Assembly (NCBI GenBank): GCA_963745235.1
Contig: CAVUXE010000001.1
Location: 1 to 16,107 of the forward strand
DNA length: 16,107 bases
Direction: 5' to 3'
Source: an uncultured Spirochaetota bacterium
GTDB taxonomy: Bacteria > Spirochaetota > Spirochaetia > SZUA-6 > Fen-1364
In this document: one piece after another, positions 7,621-14,903 of the stretch
Position numbering within the stretch: position 1 is the first letter of the stretch
Layout: each line of letters opens with the position of its first letter
Notes under the pieces: model-generated
Database searches by the model: none
What the model was told of the DNA's origin: nothing
What the model saw: only the letters and a program-made list of their open reading frames with translations
Made by a program: the position numbers and the translations under genes

Positions 7621-8717
7621 CTGGCCGTTCCATCCTCAGGCCCATTGGGTTCGATAACGACTTTGATGGCCCCTTCCTTGCGGCCCACGAAAGTATCGAG
7701 CGCGACAGCGAACTCGTCCAAGGCGAAGACATGTGTTATGAGATCCTTGACGACAAGAGAACCGGAAGCTATTGATTCCACTATCTTCCATGAGACGTTG
7801 GGATTCGCCCTCGACCCGAAAATGGCGAGCTCATTGTGGACGATGTACTTGTAAGGAAGCTTTTCGAGGACCTTGTCGTTTGGCACGCCAAGAAGTGCCA
7901 CGCTTCCGCCCTTTCGTAGCATGCGTATCGCCTGAGCAAAGGTTCCCTCGGATCCCGAGCACTCGAATGCCTGATCGACGCCCTCGCCCTCAGTGGCCTT
8001 CCTGACGGCCTCAACAGGATCTTCCTTTTCAAAATTCACTACTACGTCGGCCCCCATCTTCCTTGCCGACTCGAGTCTCGATCCGCGCCCCACCATGATG
8101 ACCTTCGCAGCTCCCAGGACCTTGGCGAAGCGCATGGCGATGAGGCCTATGGGGCCAGGACCTATGACGGCCACTGTACCCCCGGCCGTGATTCCTGTCT
8201 GTTCCATGCCATGCAGTGTTACCCCCGCCGTATCCACCAGGGCGCCTTCTCTGAACGAAACGCTACCGGGCATCCTATTGATACTCTTTACCGAGTACAG
8301 GTTATATTGTGCATAGGCGCCTGGAGAGATGAAGCCGTAATGCCTATGCCCTGTTTCGGGCCTGCCGTAGTTAAGGCAAATTGTGTAGCGGCCGTTGAGG
8401 CAGTTCCTGCATATACCGCAACCCTTATGGGCCTGTCCCGCCACCCTGTCACCCACCGCAAAGCCGACTGCGTCCTGGCCCAAAGCGGCAACCTCGCCTG
8501 ACCATTCGTGACCCGGCGTGAAGGGGTAGGAAGGCGGCCACGTGCCCGCCAGATCGCCGCGGATGATTTCCGGATCGCTTCCGCATATCGCCACCGCGCG
8601 AATCCGGCACAGTACCTCACCAGGACCGGGCACCGGTACAGGTACTTGTCGGATTTCGAACTTCCCTGGAGAGGTCAATACCAATGCCTTCATCGTCGCG
8701 GCAATGGGAGAAACCAT
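7617..8717 (-). CDS. Zinc-dependent medium-chain (sorbitol/threonine-dehydrogenase-like) sugar or polyol dehydrogenase
   Basis: Catalytic 'ICGSD' and 'GHEWSGEV', structural Zn 'CGICRNCLNGRYTIC', Rossmann 'VIGPGPIG'. Start at ATG 8717 with GGAGG at 8724-8728. Confidence 0.9.
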   Translation of the reverse strand: MVSPIAATMKALVLTSPGKFEIRQVPVPVPGPGEVLCRIRAVAICGSDPEIIRGDLAGTWPPSYPFTPGHEWSGEVAALGQDAVGFAVGDRVAGQAHKGCGICRNCLNGRYTICLNYGRPETGHRHYGFISPGAYAQYNLYSVKSINRMPGSVSFREGALVDTAGVTLHGMEQTGITAGGTVAVIGPGPIGLIAMRFAKVLGAAKVIMVGRGSRLESARKMGADVVVNFEKEDPVEAVRKATEGEGVDQAFECSGSEGTFAQAIRMLRKGGSVALLGVPNDKVLEKLPYKYIVHNELAIFGSRANPNVSWKIVESIASGSLVVKDLITHVFALDEFAVALDTFVGRKEGAIKVVIEPNGPEDGTAR

Positions 8718-8782
8718 AATAAGCCTCCACATGGATGGGGATCAGGTACTATAAAAATTAGACGGTGGCGGATCTTCGATAC

Positions 8783-8811
8783 AGAATGCAACACAAAGAC
8801 GTGGATGTCAA
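8783..8811 (-). promoter_or_regulatory. Putative sigma70 promoter of the sugar operon
   Basis: Perfect -35 TTGACA (8811-8806), 17-nt spacer, weak -10 CATTCT (8788-8783), about 65 nt upstream of the start codon. Confidence 0.5.
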
Positions 8812-8872
8812 GGAAGAATTTTGCATCACTGGGTCTGGGCTTTCTTGGAAAGATCCTGTGATTCGCCGATAC

Positions 8873-8900
8873 TGGACATTATCCTATTTCGTGATATCTT
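8873..8900 (+). promoter_or_regulatory. Putative sigma70 promoter (extended -10) of the O-methyltransferase gene
   Basis: TGGACA (8873-8878), 16-nt spacer, TGa-TATCTT (8892-8900), followed by RBS GAAGGA and ATG 8926. Confidence 0.45.
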
Positions 8901-8925
8901 CCTGCCACTAGAAGGATTGAACATC

Positions 8926-9600
8926 ATGATCGACGACAAATGGATTGCAGTTGACGACTATTTCGAGGCACTTTTCACACAGAAAGACAAAGACCTGGAG
9001 ACCGCTCTCAATACCTGCACCGCGGCCGGGATGCTCGCGCAGCAGGTTACGGCGAGCCAGGGCAAGTTTCTGGCGATTCTTGCTCAGTCTGTCTGTGCAA
9101 AGTCCATTCTCGAGATAGGAACCTTGTATGGTTACAGCACGATTTGGCTCGGCCGAACGCTCCCGCAAGATGGCAGGTTATTCTCGTTGGAGATTGACGA
9201 TCAACGAGCCAAGCTTGCTCGCCTGAATATCGAAAGGGCGGGATTGGAGAAAGTAGTTGAAATCCGCACAGGCGCCGCGCTTGAAACACTTTCACATCTG
9301 GCGACGGAAAGGCAGGCGCCCTTTGACTTCGTCTTCGTGGATGCGGATAAGCCCAACTATCGCGCGTACCTTGACTGGGTCATGAGGCTGACAAGACGCG
9401 GCAGCCTGATTGTCGCTGACAATATTGTACGCGACGGAGCAGTCACCTACGCAGATAGCAGTGATGAGCGGATCCGGGGTGTTCGGGAGTTCAACTCTGC
9501 CGTCGCGGAAGATCGTCGGCTGAGCGCTGTTGGAATCCAGACTGTTGGAACGAAGGGCTATGACGGGTTTCTTGTTGCGCTGGTAACCGGAGACCCGTAA
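8926..9600 (+). CDS. SAM-dependent O-methyltransferase (Methyltransf_3; caffeoyl-CoA/catechol OMT-like), 224 aa
   Basis: 'QGKFLAIL', motif I 'ILEIGTLYGYSTIW', 'FDFVFVDADKPNY' and 'LIVADNIVRDG' (metal-binding D/DN). Start corrected to ATG 8926. Confidence 0.9.
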   Translation: MIDDKWIAVDDYFEALFTQKDKDLETALNTCTAAGMLAQQVTASQGKFLAILAQSVCAKSILEIGTLYGYSTIWLGRTLPQDGRLFSLEIDDQRAKLARLNIERAGLEKVVEIRTGAALETLSHLATERQAPFDFVFVDADKPNYRAYLDWVMRLTRRGSLIVADNIVRDGAVTYADSSDERIRGVREFNSAVAEDRRLSAVGIQTVGTKGYDGFLVALVTGDP

Positions 9601-9767
9601 GGCTCGCCAGACTTCCCCTGGACAGCCCGGCAGCACTGGAGTATCGTATGAGACCATCTTTTTCATGCATTTCCCTTCTCCAATCGAGAAATATCCCAGG
9701 CCGAAAGAGTAGTCTTAGAGCCGAACGGTATTGAAAACGCGGCCTAATTGGAACAAGGAGCGACGTA

Positions 9768-10883
9768 GTGCGCAAAACCGTGGTCTATGTGGGTACGTAC
9801 ACCGAACCAATTCTTTTCGGGTCGGGGGAAGTCTTTCAAGGAAAAGGCGAAGGCATTTACACCTTCGAGCTGGATGAGGCGACAGGAGCCCTGAATCTGC
9901 GCCACACGACAAAAGGCGTCACAAATCCGTCCTATCTGGCCATCGATTCTCGGCATAGGTTCCTGTATGCGGTCAATGAGCTGAAGACATTCGAAGGGAA
10001 AAAAAGCGGAACGATCAGCGCCTTTGCCGTGGACCCGCGTTCGGACTCACTTCAGTTCTTGAATAAGAAGCTCACACACGGAACCGATCCGTGCCACGTC
10101 GCAATCGACAGAAGCGGCAAAGCGGTTTTTGTCGCCAATTTCATGAGCGGGAGTGTGTGCGCCTTGCCAATCCGTGCGGATGGGAGCCTCCAGGAGGCGT
10201 CCACCATCATTCAGCATGAAGGATCAAGTGTAGATGCGAAGCGACAAAGCGGTCCGCACGCGCACTCGACGGTGCTCGATCCTGCAAACCGGTTCGCGTT
10301 CGTGCCCGATCTCGGGCTGGACCGCGTGATGTCCTACCGTCTCGACCTGGAGCAAGCCACGATGACGCCGAACGAGATACCTTGGCTCGAGGCAAAACCT
10401 GGTGCCGGTCCACGGCATCTCACCTTCACCCCGGATGGCCGATACGCATATATCATCAACGAGCTGGATTCTACAATGATAGCTGCTGCCTATCAGGCGG
10501 AGCGAGGTAGTTTTCAGGTGATACAGACTCTCTCCACCCTTCCCGAAGGTTTTGCGGGGACCAGCACCTGCTCGGACATCCAGGTTTCCCCTTCAGGAGA
10601 TCTCGTATTCGGCTCGAACCGAGGACATGACAGTATTGCCATCTTCGGGATCAACCGGGATACCGGCAGGCTGACGGCCCAGGGACATCAAGCGACCGGA
10701 GGAAGAATCCCACGGAGTTTCGGGATCGACCCCACGGGAACCTTTCTTCTCGTGGCCAATCAATCCAGCGATTCGATAGTGACATTCAGGATTGACCGAC
10801 TTCACGGCTCGCTCGTGCCCACTGGCCTGGTCGCGAATGTGCCGACCCCCACGTGCCTGACGTTTGCGTCCGAGGGACAATAG
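9768..10883 (+). CDS. Lactonase family 7-bladed beta-propeller (6-phosphogluconolactonase / 3-carboxymuconate cyclase-like), cytoplasmic
   Basis: 'VYVGTYT', 'NPSYLA', 'YAVNE', 'RQSGPHAH', 'VPDLGLD', 'GAGPRHL', 'SNRGHDSI' and 'VANQSSD'. GTG start with AAGGAG RBS. No signal peptide. Confidence 0.9.
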   Translation: MRKTVVYVGTYTEPILFGSGEVFQGKGEGIYTFELDEATGALNLRHTTKGVTNPSYLAIDSRHRFLYAVNELKTFEGKKSGTISAFAVDPRSDSLQFLNKKLTHGTDPCHVAIDRSGKAVFVANFMSGSVCALPIRADGSLQEASTIIQHEGSSVDAKRQSGPHAHSTVLDPANRFAFVPDLGLDRVMSYRLDLEQATMTPNEIPWLEAKPGAGPRHLTFTPDGRYAYIINELDSTMIAAAYQAERGSFQVIQTLSTLPEGFAGTSTCSDIQVSPSGDLVFGSNRGHDSIAIFGINRDTGRLTAQGHQATGGRIPRSFGIDPTGTFLLVANQSSDSIVTFRIDRLHGSLVPTGLVANVPTPTCLTFASEGQ

Positions 10884-10884
10884 A

Positions 10885-11823
10885 ATGTCAACGAGGGACA
10901 CAATTGCCGTAATCGGCACTGGGATGATGGGCCCCGGCATAAGCGCGCGCAGTGCGCTGGCAGGGAACAAGACGAAGCTGTTCAGCCGGTCGCCTGAGAG
11001 GGCGGCTGCTGGTCTGGACAAGGCAAGATATTGCATCCAGCAGTTGCTTGACAACGAAATAGTGAGCAAGAGCCAGGCCCAAAATGCAAATGAGTTGCTG
11101 GAGTCATCCACCGATTTTGAACGGGAGTTGGGGGATGTCTTCTGGGTCATAGAAGCAATCACGGAAAATCTTTCAAAGAAACAGGAATTGTTTACGCTGA
11201 TTGACACCATCGCGCCGCCGGAGGTGATTATTACAAGCAACACCTCTGGCTTGAGAATCACTGAGATTGCACAATTTACAAATCATCCCGAAAGGACGGC
11301 AACAACACACTTCTGGTTTCCTGCCCATCTGATTCCCCTTGTAGAAGTGGTTATGGGTGACAAGACCGATGAACGAATCGCCTTACATGTGAAGGAGCTT
11401 CTTCTGAAGTGGAACAAGGCTCCCGTCGTCGTCAAGAAGGATCTACCAGGGCAACTGGCCAATCGCATTCTGCAAGCCGTGATTCGCGAAGCGATCCACA
11501 TCGTTCAAATAGGATTGGCTACCCCTGAAGATGTCGATACAGCCGTGAAGATGGGGATGGGAATTCGTATGCCGGTTTGGGGACCACTGGAGCACATCGA
11601 AGCCGTGGGGCTCGACCTGGCACTCTCCGTGCAACAAAGCGTGCTCCCGGGAATAAGCAACGACGCTGAGCCTTCGATGTATCTGAAGGAGCTGGTCAAA
11701 CTGGGCAAGCTCGGTTACAAGACCGGTGCAGGTTTCTACGACTGGAGTGCGAAAGACATGGAGGCATTAACAGAGAAAAGGGATATCTTCATCATGAATG
11801 CTCTCAGATCCATCAGGCCTTGA
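10885..11823 (+). CDS. 3-hydroxyacyl-CoA dehydrogenase family protein (possibly L-gulonate 3-dehydrogenase/lambda-crystallin-like), 312 aa
   Basis: GTGMMG Rossmann motif, 'VIEAITENL', 'SNTSGL', catalytic His/Glu 'HFWFPAHLIPLVEVV', 'PGQLANRI', 'GPLE' and 'GKLGYKTGAGFYDW'. ATG lies 1 nt after the lactonase stop. Confidence 0.88.
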   Translation: MSTRDTIAVIGTGMMGPGISARSALAGNKTKLFSRSPERAAAGLDKARYCIQQLLDNEIVSKSQAQNANELLESSTDFERELGDVFWVIEAITENLSKKQELFTLIDTIAPPEVIITSNTSGLRITEIAQFTNHPERTATTHFWFPAHLIPLVEVVMGDKTDERIALHVKELLLKWNKAPVVVKKDLPGQLANRILQAVIREAIHIVQIGLATPEDVDTAVKMGMGIRMPVWGPLEHIEAVGLDLALSVQQSVLPGISNDAEPSMYLKELVKLGKLGYKTGAGFYDWSAKDMEALTEKRDIFIMNALRSIRP

Positions 11824-11825
11824 TA

Positions 11826-11852
11826 GACTTCCCCGAGGTCACAATGGAAGTC
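11826..11852 (+). terminator. Possible terminator hairpin after the dehydrogenase gene (no U-tract)
   Basis: GACTTCC (11826-11832) pairs with GGAAGTC (11846-11852) around a 13-nt loop, immediately followed by an IS3-like end. Confidence 0.3.
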
Positions 11853-11853
11853 G

Positions 11854-12320
11854 TGTAATGCTCCCCATTTTTTAGGCTACCGTGGCATGTTCTTGAGCCC
11901 CATATTCTCTGGAACTGTACGGAAAATTGGACAGTACCGCGAGACTTTCGGGGTAGTCCTGGTGGCTCGGCTATAAATGAGCCGGGATAGTGGCATTATT
12001 CAAAAGAGCGCGCTTCCAATCTGCACAGCCCTCTTGCCTTAGGTTCAGGAAGGCGCCCGCTTGCGGCGTGAAACGGGAGTCTTACCCATCATCTAAGCCT
12101 TCCGGGAAGGCTTGTTGGAATTAATCCTTGTCTTCGCTCGCTGAAGCGCAAAAGATGGTTGGTGCACCAGCGGCCGTGCACAATGCGGCCCCGCGTACAA
12201 GGCTCGGTAAGCAGAAACCGCGCAGAGCGGCCGTCGCTGGGCGATGGATATGGCCCCACGTGGTGTGCGGCAGCGACGGCTGGGCGCACTTGGTTGCGGT
12301 ATTGACTGCCATGATCGCGG
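11854..12320 (+). mobile_element. Degenerate IS3-family element remnant (terminal IR-like end plus fragment of OrfB integrase core)
   Basis: Starts with TGTAATGCTCCCC, an IS3-type 5'-TG end. Frame-hopping translation gives FREGLL (12100), LKRKRWLVHQRPCTMRPRVQGSVSR (12141), RWAMDM (12235), HVVCGSDGWAHLVAV and IDCHDR (12301-12318), which matches the W.xD...G..yL..viD..sR pattern of IS3/rve transposases. Confidence 0.72.
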
Positions 12321-12377
12321 CGATCTGTATTTCGTCAAGCAAAATCCCCGGAAAGATCGTGCAGTTTTTCCCCATTA

Positions 12378-12740
12378 GAGCCTATCCGAAAACCCCTTAG
12401 CGTTGTGAAATGCGGCCGGATTTGATTCTCTGGGAGGGGAAGATGGTCGACCAAGCGATGGGGATCGAAAAGAAATACTGCCTGTCGGATGTGGTGTGGA
12501 CACGAGTCATGCCGCTGCTGCCCGCGCACAGAAAGAGGCGCAAGGGCGGACGTCCACCGATGGACGACCAGAAAGGCGATGACTGCCATCTTGTACGTGC
12601 TGCTCACCGGTACCAGTGGAGAGCGCTTCCGCGAAGCTTGGGAGGGGACGACGTCATGATCGATTCGGCAATGGGTTAAGGCGGGTTGTTCAAAAAGATG
12701 TGGAAGGCCGGGCTGCTGGATTTGGGGGAAAAAAAGGAAG
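12378..12740 (+). mobile_element. Degenerate IS5-family (IS427-like, DUF4096 N-terminus) element remnant
   Basis: Left end TA|GAGCCTATCCGAAAACCCC. Fragments across several frames: YCLSDVVWTRVMPLLP...KGGRPPMDD, KAMTAILYVLLTG, QWRALPRSLG, HDRF, QWVKAG, LFKKMWKAGLL. No DDE domain or right IR seen. Confidence 0.8.
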
Positions 12741-12910
12741 CTCGGCTCGAGGACCGAAGATTCGCCGCCGCACAAGCGCGGAAGGAAGCCTCTGCCACCC
12801 GAGATCCCTGACGCTGCAATCCCTGGTGAACCTCTTGCGAGCGGAATTATCCTTTGCAGATCAGGCAATAGCATTGCTGTACGACCGTTCTTGCGGCAGA
12901 TGGTTGCTGA

Positions 12911-13822
12911 TTAATTCTCTTTCCTATACGGGATGCCGAGCTTGCCGGGAACGTTGAAGGAACGCCGCAGGATCGTCAGCGCGATGGTAAGGATGTAGGG
13001 AAGCGCGATAAAGAGCTCGTTCGGGAGCAGCAGTGAACCAGAGGACTGCATGCTAATGGCCACCGCTTCTGCCACTCCGAAGATCAGCGTCCCGGCCAGC
13101 GCTCCCAACGGGTTCCAATTCCCCAAGAAGCAGATTGCGAACGCGATCCAACCGCGGCCGCCGATGATGTTCGTGGTGAACATTCCCAGGTAGCCGATCG
13201 AATAGAAAGCCCCCGCGATCCCGCCCATGGCGCCCGCCAGAAGCACCATCGAAAACCTGATCCGTTCGACCCGGATCCCGGCCACGTCCGCGGCTTCGGG
13301 GTTCTCACCCGTGGACCGGATGGTAAGCCCGATCGAGGTCCGATACAAAACAAACCAAGCTGCGGGCACGATGAAATACATGCTGTACGTGAAGATATTC
13401 TGGTCGAACAATATAGCACCAATAACGGGAGTCCGCGACAGGATGGGCACCGCCAGCGTCCTGAGTGGTTCCACGGTCAGAGGCACGACGGGAACGCCGA
13501 AGACGGCCCGCATGAAGAAGGCGCTCAGCCCGGTGGCGAGGAGGTTGAAGGCAGTTCCCGTGACGATCTGATGCTGCTTGAGGTACACGGTGATCCAGCC
13601 GTAGAAAGCGGCGTAGACAGCGCCCACCAGCACGGCGAGAGCTATACCCACCGCGAGGCTGTGGCTCTCGTAGTCGCCAACGAAGCCCCCCAACGCGCCG
13701 AGAAGGAAGATGCCTTCGACGGCGCACACCATGACGCCGGCCCGCTCGGCAAAGACTTCGGCGATGGATCCGAACAGGAGAGGGGTGCTCATCATCAGGG
13801 CACGGGCAAGAAGGTCCGTCAT
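12911..13822 (-). CDS. Nucleoside/purine-type ABC transporter permease (NupC/YufQ-like)
   Basis: 'STPLLFGSIAEVFAERAGV', 'GLTIRSTGENPEAADVAGI', 'GRGWIAFAICFLGNWNP' and 'LPYILTI'. ATGA overlap with the upstream permease. Confidence 0.88.
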   Translation of the reverse strand: MTDLLARALMMSTPLLFGSIAEVFAERAGVMVCAVEGIFLLGALGGFVGDYESHSLAVGIALAVLVGAVYAAFYGWITVYLKQHQIVTGTAFNLLATGLSAFFMRAVFGVPVVPLTVEPLRTLAVPILSRTPVIGAILFDQNIFTYSMYFIVPAAWFVLYRTSIGLTIRSTGENPEAADVAGIRVERIRFSMVLLAGAMGGIAGAFYSIGYLGMFTTNIIGGRGWIAFAICFLGNWNPLGALAGTLIFGVAEAVAISMQSSGSLLLPNELFIALPYILTIALTILRRSFNVPGKLGIPYRKEN

Positions 13823-14883
13823 AGAGCCTGCGCCCTCCGCAGCTCCTTTTTTGAGCGCCGGACCTCAAACCCCGAACGGATAAAGTAGGACAGGATGACG
13901 AAGATCATGACAAACCCTTCCATGATCTCGATGATGCTGGCGGGCACCCCCGATGTTTGCCCCATGATGGTGCCGCCGACCTTCAGCGCTCCGATGAGTA
14001 TCGATGCGAAAATGACACCGATGGGATTGGCGTTGGCCAGGATTGCGATGCCAATGCCTTCAGCGCCGATGTTCGGATTGAAGCCCTGGACCAGCATGTG
14101 CTGGACTCCGTTGGTCTCCGTGAATCCGGCACTGGCAGCCAGGGCTCCAGCGATGAAGAACGTCGTCACCGTAATCCTTCTCGAGTCTATCCCCGCAAGA
14201 CGAGCCGCATCGGAATTGTATCCCACCACCCGGATCCTGTAGCCGAACGCTGTGCGAAAGAGCAAGAGCCAGATAAGAAGAGCGATCAGCACAGCGAGGA
14301 TGAATCCCGCATGCAGCCGCGTTCCCCTGAGGAAGATCGGCAGCCAGAGGCCAGGAGCGAACGGGTTGGTCTGCGGGTACTCGTGCTTCGTCTCCATCAG
14401 TGCCGTCCGAAGCAGGTAGTTCATGGCGGCCAGGGCCACGTACGTAGACATCATACTCACAAGGAACTCGTTAGCCCCGAACTTTGCCTTGACGAACCCC
14501 ACGAACGAGCCCCACAGGCCCCCGGCGGCCACGGCTGCGGCGAACACGATGACGAGGGAAAGCGGGCCGGGCAGCCTGTTTCCCAGGACGAGAGAGACCG
14601 CCGTCGCAGCGATTGCTCCCATGTAGAACTGCCCCTGCGCGCCGATGTTGAACAAGTTCGCCTTGTAGGTGAGCGCGAAGGCAAGGCCGGTCAAGATGAG
14701 CGGCGTGGCCTTGACGAAAATATCTGCGAACGTGTATCCATCGCGAATCACAGAAGCCGCAAGGAGCGCATAGGCGGTAACAGGGTTCTTCCCCAGGAAC
14801 AACAGGAGCGCCGCACTGGCGCATAAGCCCAGGACCACCGCGACTGCAATCGAGAGCAGCATATCTCTGAATCGGGGGCTCAC
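13819..14883 (-). CDS. Nucleoside/purine-type ABC transporter permease (NupB/YufP-like)
   Basis: 'KATPLILTGLAF...LFNIGAQGQFYMGA', 'KAKFGANE' and 'FGYRIRVVGYNSDAARLAGI'. GTG start with GGGGAG RBS. Confidence 0.88.
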   Translation of the reverse strand: MSPRFRDMLLSIAVAVVLGLCASAALLLFLGKNPVTAYALLAASVIRDGYTFADIFVKATPLILTGLAFALTYKANLFNIGAQGQFYMGAIAATAVSLVLGNRLPGPLSLVIVFAAAVAAGGLWGSFVGFVKAKFGANEFLVSMMSTYVALAAMNYLLRTALMETKHEYPQTNPFAPGLWLPIFLRGTRLHAGFILAVLIALLIWLLLFRTAFGYRIRVVGYNSDAARLAGIDSRRITVTTFFIAGALAASAGFTETNGVQHMLVQGFNPNIGAEGIGIAILANANPIGVIFASILIGALKVGGTIMGQTSGVPASIIEIMEGFVMIFVILSYFIRSGFEVRRSKKELRRAQAL

Positions 14884-14903
14884 GTCATCTCCCCGATGTC
14901 GAA

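Noticed and set aside
8821-8925. N-terminal extensions in the ORF track (OMT from 8821; also mglA 5497, mglB 6612, dehydrogenase 8732, HAD 10864)
   Set aside because: Downstream ATGs have better RBS spacing or gene coupling, and match where family similarity begins.
10593-11261. 222-aa minus-strand ORF
   Set aside because: Antisense to the well-supported lactonase and HAD genes.
9609-11834. AGACTTCCCC repeated just after the OMT stop (9609) and the HAD stop (11825)
   Set aside because: Only a 10-nt match with dissimilar flanks; expected by chance in a window of this size.
11940-12095. Possible structured ncRNA or ribozyme (hairpin CTCGGCT-ATAAATG-AGCCGGG and nearby stems)
   Set aside because: No riboswitch or ribozyme consensus recognised, and it lies inside the IS-decay zone. 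An Infernal/Rfam scan would be needed.
12335-12874. 179-aa minus-strand ORF in the intergenic gap
   Set aside because: Mostly the reverse complement of the IS5 relic; no motif or clear RBS.
13957-14826. 289-aa plus-strand ORF
   Set aside because: Antisense shadow of the ABC permease in GC-rich DNA; no recognisable motifs.
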